62,694 nucleotides of DNA from Nemertoderma westbladi (GCA_032718475.1 JAUCBJ010005778.1:1-62694), one strand, 5' to 3'. Positions 23,101 through 36,600 are shown, counted from the first letter of the stretch. Numbers and translations: made by a program. Notes: generated by a model from the sequence alone, not told the origin.

Positions 23101-24456
23101 ATGATGACAAGCGTTCTTGTTATTGGCGCTGGACCTTCAGGTCTTTCAGTGCTGGATGCCTTTAATGATGCCTCTAAAAAGGGCCATCCTCTCCCTAAGA
23201 TTGTTTGCTATGAACGCGCCGCTGAGCCTTTGGGGCAGTGGAACTACACCTGGAAGACAGGCACAGACGAACACGGCCTACCTGTACACCAGAGTCAGTA
23301 TAAGTTTTTGTGGGCTAATGGGCCTAAAGAAGTTTGCGAATATCCAGATTATACCTTCAGGGATCATTTTGAGAGAAATACACCATCATTTCTACCAAGA
23401 ATGGCAATCTGTGATTATTTAAAAGGTAAATTCATCAATGAAAAAATTATAAGCTTCATCAATTTCCATACGTATGTGAAATACGTTCGATTTATTGAAG
23501 ATAAACATATGTTTGAAGTGAGATCGTTGAATCTATCCACGAAAGAGGAACACATGGAAAGTTTTGACTACGTGGTTGTTGCTACTGGTCATTACTCGAC
23601 CCCCAACATGCCAGATTTTGATGGTATGGATACATTCCCTGGTTCGGTTATTCATGCGCACAATTTCAGAGATGCCCGTGTGTACATCGGTAAACGCGTA
23701 TTAATTATAGGTTCCAGTTATTCAGGAGAAGATATCGCCATGCAGATCATGAAATTTGGTGCCGGTTCGGCGACCGTGAGTTACCGCACTAAAGCGCCGA
23801 AATATAATTGGCCATCCCCAGAAATTGATGAGAAACCCTTAGTTGAGTCTGTCAAGGGTAAATGTGTGAGTTTCATTGATGGATCCTCCAGCGAATATGA
23901 TGCTATCATCCTCTGCACTGGGTATCTCCATGATTTTCCTTTTCTTGAGAGAAATCTTCACCTGGAAACAACCAACACATTCTACCCACCACTCTATAAA
24001 GGAGTCGTTTGGATAAAAAACACGCAGTTATTGTACATGGGAATGCAAAACCAATTATATAGCTTCACAATGTACTATGTCCAGGGCATATTCGTAAAAC
24101 ATGTTATTCTGGGTAACATTCAATTACCTGAGGCCAGCGCCATGTTAGCTGATATGAATGAATGGATTTCGTTATTGAAGAAATGTACAATTGAAACAGA
24201 GTTGCTGGATTTTCAGACTGCTTATGTGGAAGATCTTTGCAAACAGGTGAAGTTGGCTTACAATCTGAATGTTGCTCATCTATTCCACGACTATTTCACC
24301 ACCAGGCAGGGAGATTTAGGTAGTTATAGAGACAAGGCGTATACTTCCATATTTACCAATGAATTGGCTTTGTTACCCACAACTCCATGGTGGAATTCTA
24401 TGAATGAATCCAAGGAAGCTTTTGTGCACAATGATCAATCGCGATGTGATGACTGA
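23101..24456 (+). CDS. Flavin-containing monooxygenase, bacterial Tmm/mFMO-type, copy 2 (intronless)
   Basis: ATG at 23101. Same motifs as copy 1 (GAGPSG, WNYTWKTG, WANGPKE, FPGSVIHAHNF, GSSYSGEDI, CTGY); clear tandem paralogue. Confidence 0.93.
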   Translation: MMTSVLVIGAGPSGLSVLDAFNDASKKGHPLPKIVCYERAAEPLGQWNYTWKTGTDEHGLPVHQSQYKFLWANGPKEVCEYPDYTFRDHFERNTPSFLPRMAICDYLKGKFINEKIISFINFHTYVKYVRFIEDKHMFEVRSLNLSTKEEHMESFDYVVVATGHYSTPNMPDFDGMDTFPGSVIHAHNFRDARVYIGKRVLIIGSSYSGEDIAMQIMKFGAGSATVSYRTKAPKYNWPSPEIDEKPLVESVKGKCVSFIDGSSSEYDAIILCTGYLHDFPFLERNLHLETTNTFYPPLYKGVVWIKNTQLLYMGMQNQLYSFTMYYVQGIFVKHVILGNIQLPEASAMLADMNEWISLLKKCTIETELLDFQTAYVEDLCKQVKLAYNLNVAHLFHDYFTTRQGDLGSYRDKAYTSIFTNELALLPTTPWWNSMNESKEAFVHNDQSRCDD

Positions 24457-24689
24457 AATTGTAAACAAACAGCATGAATATACTATATTAACTTGAATAT
24501 AATATATTACAGTTATACTATTACTAATAACTATAACTATAACAACGTACAGTATTTGTTTATGAAATCACACAGTATTTAATTTTTGTCTGCAAAATTA
24601 AATTATTTGGTTGATTTGAGAGAAACTCACTATTAATAATTATAATTTCTCGGATATATTAATAGTCAGGATATCAATTTGGTGGGAAT

Positions 24690-24960
24690 ATCACCACCTT
24701 GACATAGTCGCATTCGTGGGTGACCGACCGATCTTGACTTTTTGTGATGATCTTGGTTTACTGACACTGTCAGAGACATTGGAGGGAGCACAGAAACTGT
24801 TATAGAGCTTAGATGAGACTGCATCCAGTGTTGACGTCTTTGTGAATAGCACAAAGACTAACAGTAGACCTAAATATGGACTCAGACCAGCATAAAATCG
24901 ATCGTGATAACATTCAATCGCTTGATGATGGAAAAGTCGGTGACAACACTTAGCCACAGT
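24690..24960 (+). mobile_element. Old RTE-like RT fragment
   Basis: With a frameshift reads TDLDF-DDLGLL...ETLEGAQKLL*SLDETASSV...VNSTKT, i.e. a degenerate DLDFADD catalytic region. Confidence 0.55.
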
Positions 24961-25075
24961 AAAAAAAACTCAGCCCTAAAAGTAATTATCCAAATGGTGA
25001 GGGGCAAAATGTCAGGACAACACTCAAATCATTTATCCAATCATCAGTATTCCACAATATTGTTCACCAGTTACC

Positions 25076-25572
25076 TACTACTACGATCGGCATGCTGCAT
25101 TGCGGCTGCATTATATATATATTACATATATATTAAGAATGCTTTGCCGGCTTGTCGACAAAATTGCGCCGCCACAACTCCCTAACACCCATGAAATTTG
25201 CTAGATCATCCGCATCTTCGTCTCCAGAAAGTCTTGGGCTGTCCACCATGCTTATTCACTCCATGAGGCTGCCAAAGTACAAGATTGTGCACTGGCTGGT
25301 CCTCACGGCGAAAGCAATGTCCTGCAAAGCGGAGGCGGATTTGTTCTATTGTCAAGCTTCGGAGAACCAATGAGACACCTCCAATGTTATATAGTGTCTG
25401 GTTGGATATGTGTGCATTGTACTTGACACAATGAACCCGGCGTAGCATTCTTTTGAATGTCCCATCCAGAGATTTTGTGTCCTCAGCAGTTAGAGCCCAG
25501 CATGGACTCCCATAGAGGAGTACTGGAACTACTGCTGCTCTAAATAATCGGACCTTAAGTTTCCGATTAATT
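25076..25572 (-). mobile_element. RTE-clade LINE 3' fragment with (TAG)n tail
   Basis: PVLLYGSPCWALT...MLRRVH...RLRFAGHCFRRED; same family as 19513 and 58253; small internal deletions. Confidence 0.85.
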
Positions 25573-26163
25573 CTATGTGTTACCGTACCAGTTACCTACA
25601 TGTAGACCTACATATTATTGCACCAGTATGTAGTTTGCTGTGCTGTAGTATCATAACTTTGTGAGCCCAGTATAATTTTTTATATATAACAGTTTGAAGG
25701 TTAATAACAATCTTCGATGGAATTAAAATGAAATGGTTTAAAATAATTAAATAGTTATACCCATCTAATCTCTTTGGAATGGACACTTGATAGTGAAAAC
25801 ACAATGAAGCTCAGAATCTTGCGGACAAAGTGTATCTTCTTCATAGGCCTACGTGTTTCTTGGTGCTACTATGGCTACTGACTAGGCCTACTTTATGCCC
25901 CACACAATGTAATCTGCCGACGATTGCTTGTGCATTATATTAATCTGGAATCTTTATTTGGAAGTTATGAAAAAATGTTAAATGTTAATGTGAATGTTAT
26001 ATTACAGTAAGTTCACATAGCTGATTATACTTAGTAAAATTTGTATGCTGTTGTATTCAGTGGATTAATGAGGGTCTACTCGTAGACTACATAACTTTTA
26101 TGACGGGTGGGGGCTCATATCGGTTAAAATTTAATAAAATTATTAACCGTTAATGAAAATTAA

Positions 26164-26511
26164 CAGTCAGTCAGTCAGTCAGTCAGTCAGTCAGTCAGTC
26201 AGTCAGTCAGTCAGTCAGTCAGTCAGTCAGTCAGTCAGTCAGTCAGTCAGTCAGTCAGTCAGTCAGTCAGTCAGTCAGTCAGTCAGTCAGTCAGTCAGTC
26301 AGTCAGTCAGTCAGTCAGTCAGTCAGTCAGTCAGTCAGTCAGTCAGTCAGTCAGTCAGTCAGTCAGTCAGTCAGTCAGTCAGTCAGTCAGTCAGTCAGTC
26401 AGTCAGTCAGTCAGTCAGTCAGTCAGTCAGTCAGTCAGTCAGTCAGTCAGTCAGTCAGTCAGTCAGTCAGTCAGTCAGTCAGTCAGTCAGTCAGTCAGTC
26501 AGTCAGTCAGT
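26164..26511. repeat. (CAGT)n microsatellite, about 87 perfect units
   Basis: Direct reading. Confidence 0.98.
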
Positions 26512-28250
26512 TCAGTCGACTACAGTGTAGATCATAACGCGATATCTCATGGGATTGGAGGGTGAGTTAAAATGTAAAGAGAAAAAAAACAGTGTAAATG
26601 GTCTTCTTACTACACAAGGAAGTAGGAATATAAATTAATATTAATAAATTATATATTGAACATAACATAGGTACAGTAAGGTAACAAAAAAGGCCAATTA
26701 TATAAATGGGAAAACAAAACAGTTCTTTATGAAAAACATAATAAATCTGACTGTTATATTGAATTCGTGATTTAAAAACACCACCAAATATGTATGTATA
26801 AGACTATCTACTAAATATAGATAAGACTATCTATCTACTAAAATACTTAAAGTACAATATTAAACATGATAACGGGATAGCACAGAAAATCACTGGCAAT
26901 AAGCCAAATAATTAGTAATAATATGATAATCTTTATAGACGCCGTTTTACTAATAAATTAAAGAATTTTATTCTAGTGTTCCGCTGCTTCTCTGTTGTAA
27001 CTGGCAGTCATAGCTAAACCACTGTCCCTCAAATTCATCTCTATTTTGGGATAAACCGTCATGTCTTCGATGGTGGGAGGAATCTAAACAAAAAAATTTG
27101 ACTTTATGTTTTATTTTGTTAAAATAAATGCATTAAAGCCCAGCCCGTACAGTTAAAGCCCCTACAGTTACAGCCCCTGCCCCTGTCAAGGTTACACTGT
27201 AGCAGTGTAGTGTCCCTAACTCCAACTAACCCCACTAAATTCAATTTATTCGAAAACCACTTTGACTGAGCATTACTGAGTTTGAGTCAGCGATGGTGAC
27301 AGACTAAACCATTTGACAGCATTAAACGTCGACCGAACATTTTTAACATAAACCTAAAATTGACGCGTGAAACTTATTATCAAGTGATGAGTATGAGATT
27401 ATTTTAGCGCATGTTTCAGGAATGTATAAAGTGCACGCAGATCCTCGTTCCGTATCCCCAGCCAGCCAGCCACATGTCAAGAACACAAGCTGAACAGATA
27501 TACGATAGCAGTGGCCTGTTAGTGTTAGACTAACATCCCAAAATGTATAAAAAATATAACTTGCGTTGAAACCTTCGAATATATATGGCCGGTCAGTTGC
27601 AATTGTTAATAAACTGCGTGTCGCAAATTTCAGTATTTACAAAGTATTCTGCGACATGGATTTTCTATTGCAAATCAAGGAACTTGGAAATTTTTGAAGG
27701 CCCATATCTCAGTTACGCCTCAAATTAACTCAAATGTTTTTGCAGATTTGTAAATCTATAATACCATAATTCGATAGCTATAATTCCAACTGTGCGAAAG
27801 ATATCGAAAATTACGAAGAATAGGTGGAGTGCAATATCCCCGTAGATACTTTTTACAAACGCATGTAAAATTGAAAGAATTGAGATCCAAAAAAATTCTG
27901 ACTATCTCTATTATTATGTTAACCCCAAAAAAACGATGTACTACTGTATAGCAGCTAGCTACTGCGTTGTCGACCAATGGGTCGTCGTTCGAAGGATTCC
28001 CTGATATAAGTTGACCAATCACAACGAACCATCACGGTGATGGAAAATATTAACAAAAATCGTAGCGTAGGACTTAAGTATAAAAAACTTTCAAATAGTA
28101 AACATTTTTCTTACACTGTTGTTTGTAAAAACTATACGCAACATTGTAAACAAAGGGAAGTTGTGTGGTGTAAAGTGCTACTTAACCACTTTAACGGACA
28201 AACTGACATGGTCAATTGATCTGACATCAGTAGAAACATCGCATGATTTT

Positions 28251-28550
28251 ATGGCTACAGAATTATCTGTATTATCAGACGCGACCTACAACCCTCTAGT
28301 TCCTAAGCAACCGCTATGGGAACTTTTGATGACAACCATATTATCAACAGCAGCTATAGCCTTTGGGTTGCCAGGCAACTTAGCAACAATAATAGCAATT
28401 GTAAAAACTAAAAAACTACGGAATGGCGTAACGTATTGGTTTGTTATCAACCTCTCATTGGCTGATTCTCTGGTCTGTTTATATATTATTCCCATAGCAA
28501 CATGGGCTAGTTGGTACAGAGGATGGCCAATGGATGAAATTTCTTGTCAG
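28251..28550 (+). CDS. Class A (rhodopsin-like) GPCR, exon 1 (TM1-TM2)
   Basis: ATG 28251; GLPGNLATI (TM1 GN), INLSLAD (TM2), GWPM..ISCQ; donor cag|gtaag at 28551, phase 0. Confidence 0.85.
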
Positions 28551-30029
28551 GTAAGATAGTAAGTATGTACAACCTGAACCCTCATAAAAATAGCAAAATT
28601 TCAATAAAAGCTGCACATTCCATACACGACACAACGCCACCCACGTACGGATATAAATTAAAACAAGGCAATAGAACATACGAAAACACGCAACGGACAA
28701 AGATAAACGATAACTGAATAAAATATAAACATAAATACATATAACTTTCGCGGCATACCACATAATAAAAAATTGCGTGGATACAGTTATTGGTAATATC
28801 GCAAATTTATATAAATTTGTCATCCTTAAATAGTTGAATACTTATGCGTAGCTTGAGTGTGAAGAACTGAGTCAATTATGTGCGATCATTATCTAAGATA
28901 AATATTGTACAAGCAGCTGCCGCAGGCAGGTAGCATCCTGTACATCTTGTAGACATCCTGTGTGGCGACTTAATTTTTTTTCTCTATTCTATTGAAGTGA
29001 AAGACTAATGAGTAAATCGGTTGAATATTGAATCATAAATACGTCAATAGATGTCCGTTTTCCGAATGTCTGTGGGGGTAACTGTCCTAGACAACCCCAA
29101 GGTTGTCTGGGAACTTCATTCAATATTATTTATACCTGATTTAATTAATAATATTTATTTAAAATATTTAAAATATATTAAAAAATTTCAAATGCAAATG
29201 TATGTAGCTCCACGCACACATGGGATTCTTAATTTAAAGTATTTTCTCTGCTCGCTTCGTTCGCACAACTCTACCTCGCGCAACGCTGTGAAACCTTGCT
29301 CTACAAACTTCATTCACTTTTATTACAGTTTACGTAGCGAAAGTTATATTTACTGAGATAGGAAAATAAAACTACAATTTCAAACACATTTAACTGCACA
29401 AAAATAAGTCCGCATAATAAATTTGCATATCGCGAGTAGAAAAATAGGAGACTCGAAAAATATTGCGCGGTATAAAAAGTCGAAAATATCGGAAGGAAAA
29501 ATAAAAAGAGTAGAAATGCCGCGATTTTAAAAACATCGCGAGTAAAAATATCGTGAGTTTGATGATTTCCAATCAAACTAATAACACCTACAGTCTATAC
29601 AATATGAAATATCTATAAAAGCAAAATCAGAAGTGACACTTTGAGCATAAAATGATTAACTTCGCGTCAAGTGGGTTAGCCACAAGTGTCCCCATCGATA
29701 TTTCCAGTCGCACTGCAGTCATTCTTCATCTTCATAGCGATTTATTAAGAAGCTCTTAGCTTCTTTCCTGTCTCAAATTTTCCGCTGATTTTTGGAGAAC
29801 ATGAAGAAAAAAAACGTGTTGTGGCATTTAGCTCCATGATTGGCTTGAGCTACAATAACATGTATAGGCCTACTATACCGGTACTACAATAATACACTAT
29901 TAGTTGGAACACTGGGAAGAGCTATTCAGCTGGCGGGATAATACATTACAATCTAACAGTTGATATTTGATTACTTGCCTGGGATAGAGTGAGAGAGTAA
30001 TAAACTTGGCAAGTATATATCATGTTACA

Positions 30030-30168
30030 GTACATTATGATAATGTTCTCCTTAGCGAAAAATTTCAACCGCCCCTATTGGGGCTCGAACCCGATACCTA
30101 GGTTTCAAACTTCAGGTCATCATCAGCCGGGTGTGTGTCCTAAGAACACTGAGCTACCACGACGACGG
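30030..30168 (-). mobile_element. tRNA-derived SINE
   Basis: Reverse complement has A-box-like ggtagctcagtg and B-box gggttcgagccc, spaced longer than in a tRNA; inverted second copy at 30399-30522. Confidence 0.65.
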
Positions 30169-30355
30169 TAGAAGATTTATTTCGCTATGGAGTGGGCTAT
30201 CATATTTAGGCCTTTTACAGTAACCCATAGGAAAGTACAACGTTATTCCCGTGCTCTGCCAGAAATGGCAACCATGCCTCAAAGAATAACTAACTATATT
30301 CAGTGTTGTAGAAACCACTGATACCCCGTATGCCGGCCATGCTGTTAATTAATTA

Positions 30356-30576
30356 TAAATGAATTGTTGTAGGGTGGGTGACGGCGAATTAAATATATCA
30401 GTGGTCTTAGGGCACACACCCGGCTGATGGTGACCGGAAGTTTGAAACCTAGGTTCCCGGGATCGACCCCCAATAGGGACCGGTTGATATTTATCGCTAT
30501 GGAGAGCATTATCACAATGTACAATAACATAATATATATTTAATTCGCCGTCACCCACCCCACAACAATTCATTTA
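30356..30576. mobile_element. MITE-like element: 43-bp inverted repeats enclosing a SINE fragment
   Basis: taaatgaattgttgtagggtgggtgacggcgaattaaatatat (30356-30398) and its reverse complement with 1 mismatch (30534-30576); outermost TA may be the TSD. Confidence 0.7.
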
Positions 30577-33369
30577 CAAACTTGACAAGTAATACTGTAT
30601 ACTTCTGTGCAGTTTGGGCCTATCCATTCAATCAATAGTAGTAGCTTACTAGGCCCTCATGAGCACCAGCAGCTGGTCTTTCTATCATTGAGTCTATTGC
30701 AATTTTCGTGTTATGGGGCTATTTTTCGAAATAAAAAAAAATCCTTTTAATAATTTTTTTCGAAACTTTTTTCCACATCCGGGGGTTGAGCTGCGTCGAT
30801 TGATATAACTTTCATTGCTGCTATAGTTTCAGAGGAGTTCACCCGATATACATACATACATACATAGATAGTGAATACGTTTACAGTAAGAAATCCTAAC
30901 GAACTTCTAATAATATAGTAAACTTATTGAAAGGTCAATAATTATGTGCCGCCATCTGTTCAATAACTCTTAGAGAACATAATAAAGGTCATTTAAATGA
31001 TATACATTATTGATGTAAATCAATCAAACAATCAATGATGTATATACATTATTTTGAGTGTAACTTGAACGAAGAGTCGTGGACAGTTGAACAGTCGTCT
31101 GAAGCAAGAGAGCTTCTTAGCTTGCTAGGAAATGAAGTCAGGAACTTACAGGAATTCAAAATCAGAAAACAAATATGAATTTGGTTGAGAAACAGCTAAT
31201 TATTAGGTTAGCTAACAGCTAACTCGAGATAATTTTGAACTCGCGATATTATCGATATTTTTCAACACGTGATATACCTTTCCATAGCTGATAGCGTAGC
31301 GGTCCACAGCGGTACATACTTCCATATCATACTTCATTCATCTGAATTATCTAATTGAATAATTATATAAAACCTTCACTTTTCATTACATAATGGGGAT
31401 CAATTAAGATTTTTATGCAGTTTTAAAATTAATTCAAAATTAACATCAATGAAATGACTTTGCTAAGAGACTGGTTAATTAATAAATAACATTAATTACC
31501 AATCAAAAGCATGTTAATGGTTTACGAGTGACTGATGAATTATTGAGAACGATTCTATACGCGAGTAAAATGAAACAGGTGCACTGGGTAGGGCCCATAA
31601 TCTATAATTGGATTATATTTAGGGGGATAACTTTAGAGGAGATGGGTAGCTGATGTAAATCTTTATCCTAAATCTTTTATAACTATTTTCTGGACGCATT
31701 ATGCTATCATTTAGAATCAAGGTTATTTTTTGTTGGACAAGTGCGAACTTATCTAAATGGGATGAATTGAGCGCGGCAGATGAAAATACCGCAACTAACT
31801 TATTTTTAAGAAGATGGATGTTGACTTCGAATTGATTTTCTGGACTTATTCTATGGACATTGCAAACCCTTTCTTTAATTTAGTTTCGCGACCTCGCCAT
31901 TATATTAAAGATGTGAGATTATAGTTTCAATTAGAGCTTTGTATTCTCTAGAGTTGTAAAGTTCTACGATATTTATTTCCACTTGTCAAGGTTACTCCGG
32001 TCCGCTTGAGAGATTCTACTGGTGGGAAAACAAGGGAAAAATATTATTTTGATAACATTACTGTGTTTGATAGTGTCCGCACAAAACCTTTTGTGACCTA
32101 CAAATTCCTAAAACTCCTAAATATCAAAGCAAATGGGAAGGTTGATAAACGTATATTCGTGAAGATCTGTAAGGCTACTAATAATAGGCCTCCTCCGATA
32201 TAAAAGTTTAAAAGATGTAACTCACAGTTAGATAATCTCAATCGTATGGGCATTCACTTACAACATGTACGCACTACTCAGTTGACAATTGATGAGCCTT
32301 TGGTCGTGTCTTTTGAATCAGCCCGTTCCATTTGATCAGATTGCAATAAAAAACTGGCAGTAAAAGCAGAAGGAAGTGTGATCGGATATGTTCGTCCTAC
32401 AAGGGAAAGCATGCACAAGAGGCCGAACCGGAGATATATAGATATACAGTATACACACACACACCTAGCGGCGAAAACAATACATGTTGCGTGACTGCCT
32501 AGCTTGGCTGATTAAGCATTTGAAAGTAATTGCATTATGAGGCAGTAATCAACTATCATAAACGTGATTTCCTGTGCATACGACGTCTCTCTTCGATTCA
32601 ATAATCGATATCTTTCAATAGGGGACTTTAATCTAGTATAATTCCTGGCTTGGCCTCTTGAGAATATATTCATTTTCATTTCTCCGGACGCACCGGTATT
32701 ATATTAAATATCGCTGATAATTAAAAGAATACACAATAATGGGAGGCACATAATTAAAACAGACATACATGGTATTTGGTTCATTATTTAGATCAGATCG
32801 GATTTATTATTTACGATTATCGGTTAACACTTTAAAACTACGGCTTAATAAAAATTTCCTGAACTGAGATCCGGCTATAGAAAATTTTTTTTATTTGTCA
32901 AAATCTCGGAAATTGAAAAATACAAATATTTTTTTTTAAATGTCAAAATTTTTTTAAATTTTTTTTCGAAATTTTCTAATTAAAAAAAAATCTAAAAATT
33001 TTAAATTTCAAAAAATTAATAAAAATTATTTTAAAAACATATTACAACATATAATGCAATACCTAACCGTTTGCAGTCCAACCTCAAAAATTAATTAAAT
33101 TAATACCGGTACCAAATGTTACTGTATAGAAAATCACTTATGGCCACGTATGTGACCAATAATACTCGAGCATGGAATGCTTTATTAATATATTACGCTA
33201 TCCATTACTATCTGATAGTAGAGTAGGGTCGATTATAGCAGTCATTAGGGAAACCTATGTGGAAATTGTTTGTTATATGGACATGAAGTAAAATAGAAGC
33301 GGGAGGGGGGGGGGGGGACTGGACGCAATAAAAATCCGCAATTAACAGCTGATTATTCTCAAAAATAAA

Positions 33370-33540
33370 AACCTGTTCTATTCTTTTTAGTTTATTGTTT
33401 TGGTTAAATTAACGTGCCACTGTAACCTGCTCCTTTCCCTAAATTGACAATTTAACATTGAGGCGGGATACTAATTCGCCCAGGCAGGATTTGCGTCCAA
33501 ATCCCCCCCCCCCCCCCCCCCCCCCCCCCCCTGCCTCGCG
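33370..33540 (+). repeat. Dispersed repeat, copy 2 (see 8458-8596)
   Basis: Shared sequence blocks with 8458-8596, plus a poly-C expansion. Confidence 0.55.
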
Positions 33541-33699
33541 TCATAGGCTAATTATACACTTAGATATGGCCTGCATGTCTGCAAATTACTAACAAAGTTA
33601 GAGCTGATTAAGTCATTGAGTGTGGGTTTAACGATAACAATAAGAGACATAACATATTTATAGCAATATGCAAAAGAGAAAGAGGAGATAGAGAAAAGC

Positions 33700-36600
33700 C
33701 GAGGAAGGGCGTAAGAGAGTAAGATGGCAGTAGTGCAGCCAGAAGAGATACATACCCCTGTATAGTGGTCGTGGTGATCGGGAACTATTGTGGAGTGTCA
33801 GTCTGAGGACGAGATGTAGGGATGGACTAGGGTAGTGTAATCTGGAGTGTCAGTCTGAGGCCGAGCTGTAGGGATGGACTGGGCAGTGTATGAAATGCGA
33901 CGTCGAAATTGGCAAACATTCACTGACAGAACAGAGTCGAATTATTGATGTAAGGCTCAGTGCATTAAACCACGTAGTGTTTTGCGATAAGATATCTATC
34001 TGGGGGGGCATCATTATCTTTGTTCGAAAGGGCGCCATAACAAATAACTGGTACGGCGAGTGTATTCCAGAGCAAGGCCTGATTAAGGGGGGTCCCAAGG
34101 GGCCCGGACCCTGGGCCACCCACCAAGAGGGGCTCCCACCAATTCCACAAATACGGCCATAAATGTTAATATAATTATATGACTTTGAATTTCCCCCGAA
34201 TTTAACTAAAATTACTGGCACAAATCATTTGATAACTGTGCTGCTGCTGGTGCCCTTGAGACTTAATCTCCTTGGGCATCCTAGTCCATTATGTTTTGTA
34301 ATCTCTATTATTGGTTTAAACTGCCTGGCCATAATTAATCCGCCTGACAACAATAAAATTATTTGTGGGACAAAATCCGCGAAGGGGGACCAAATCTGCT
34401 TAAGATTTTGTTATACTATAAATACAGCGGTACTTAATTATATAATTAATTAGTTTTGCACGCTTCGCTCGCTCTGGCCCAGATCCCCCCCCCCCCCCCC
34501 CCGGATTTACAAATCCTGGCTACGCGATGTATGTAATATTGGAATTGGAGTGGGGGGCCTCCCTTCCAATCCAAGTGGGCCCCAGGCCTCCCACCGGCTT
34601 AATGCGGCCCTGTTCCAGAGGTAATAAACCGCTTGAGTGGGCAAGCAAAGTGTAGTCCAACCACTGCTGTGAAAAGAAAAGCATGGTATTGTTGAGAGTA
34701 CTGTTCGATGCATAGTATCCTAAGAAAACTATGCAAGTGCACCGGGGAACGATGGCTCCACCAATGTTGAGCAGTTGAGGAATGCCACCATATTGACGAT
34801 TAGCCATGACGTTTTGGATGGCTCAAATCCGACCGCGTTAGCGCCACTGGACAGAGTTGCAATCATGTGTTCCAAATCGTGTGAAGATGTGCTGAGTAAC
34901 AGAAAATCATCTGGGTAGGCTATAGCACCAAACCAAGCGTCTCCAATGCGGCAACCAAGGCTAGTCTTATCAAGCCCAGCTAAAATCTCTCAGGTGTAAA
35001 GATTAAAAAGTAAAGGAGAGAGAGAGGAGGGATCCCTGTTTTAAACCTTTAGGTAGAGATTCCGAGATTATCTATACTGTTTCCAAACTTCAAGAATATA
35101 GTGCTGCAGTGAAAGTAGGTTAATAATGTGGATACAGGCCTAGTAGGATGTCTGGGTTGACTCCGCGTTGCAGTAGTACTCTATATCCATCTGGTATATG
35201 TAAACATGTGAACCTATTGATATATAGTACTCAATCGTTTCTAGGAGGTTGGCGATCACTGTATCGGTACCGTACTTCTTTTTGTGCGCAGTTTGGTTGA
35301 AATGTAAGAAGTAGTTGGCCAGCATGGTCTGCTCAAATATTTTAGCAAATATGCTTATGGATGATATTGGTCTGTACGATGAAGGTCTAAGTGGGTTGCG
35401 CCCCTTACCTTTAAACAGGCTACTCAGGATTGATTCCCCAAAGAAGGTCGGGACCGACTTCAGTTCGAAACATAGATTAATGATGGTTGTAAGAAGGTTG
35501 CATACTGTAACAGAATTTAGGTAGAAAAAGTTCTCAATGGTTAACGATGAGATTGTCACCAGCTTTACCTGTAGACAGAGACATGATCGCACGCTTAATA
35601 GCTAATGAAGAGACAGACGGGAGAGGGAACTGCAGTTGGGCTTTCTCATGTGACTCTTAAAGGGATTCAGATAGTATCTTACTCTCAGTGGTTACAGGGT
35701 GGTTGAATTTGGATGTGTTGTGGGAGTAAAGTGATTGTTGCATATCATCGGGTGTCTGTGTGGTTTCCTTTATTACGATTGAATGCGGACCAGAATTACT
35801 AGGGTTGGATTACTTGGATTTAACGTAGCCAGACCATTTGTTGACGGAGTTAGCCACCAGGTTCTTGGATAGGAAGATTTTCAGTCGACGTGTAGACCGT
35901 TTTGACGATTTGAATTCATCAGCAATCGGGGCAATGGGGTCTTTCCCGTGATTTGTAAAGGTCGGTGGTGACTTTACTTTTTTGTTGCAGTAAAGCAGAG
36001 CAGATCCTAATATTCATAGTGAGTTTAACTTGTTTGGTGATGGGGATGTGGGCTCGGGCTGCGTTAATGATAGAGTCACCCATATTGGTGACAATGTTGT
36101 TGAGTGTAGATGAAGGAGGATAAAGTTGCTGCAGTGAGGTTTGTATATCCCTGAAGTCATTGTCAACTGTAGCGATGTAACTGTCGCGCTGGAGTTGATT
36201 GGCCATGCCCCAGGAGAATTTAATGTGAGGTGTACATTTGGGGAAGGGTTTAGTGGTTTACTTGTCCAGCATCTCTTGTACCAGTGGCCTAATAGTAACG
36301 GTAATTGGCATGTGGACCGAGCAATTAAATGCAGGATCCTCATTGAATACTGTGCCACTAATAATGTTGTCTAAAAAGAAGTGGTTTGGTGCAATAATGT
36401 GATCTATGTAAGAGTCTCCGTTACCGCCCCTAAAGGAAGTAAGAGGTCCGCTGAACATATCGATGGTGTCACTAGTTAGAAGATTAAGATTACGGAGCCA
36501 AGTGTTAAGTACTTTGCCTCTATCAGAGGGAATTCGTCTATTGGATCTGGGTCCCTGAAGAGGACCAACATCTTCATTGGTATCACACAGTATAATGGAA

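Noticed and set aside
26153-26530. 125-aa SQSV ORF
   Set aside because: Translation of the (CAGT)n microsatellite.
30030-30168. Functional tRNA or C/D snoRNA gene
   Set aside because: No convincing cloverleaf or acceptor stem, and the C/D-like boxes are only a few bases apart; a diverged second copy favours a SINE. tRNAscan-SE would settle it.
31500-32560. Decayed DNA-transposon (SWIM-finger-like) coding remnant
   Set aside because: Similarity too fragmentary to support without a profile search.
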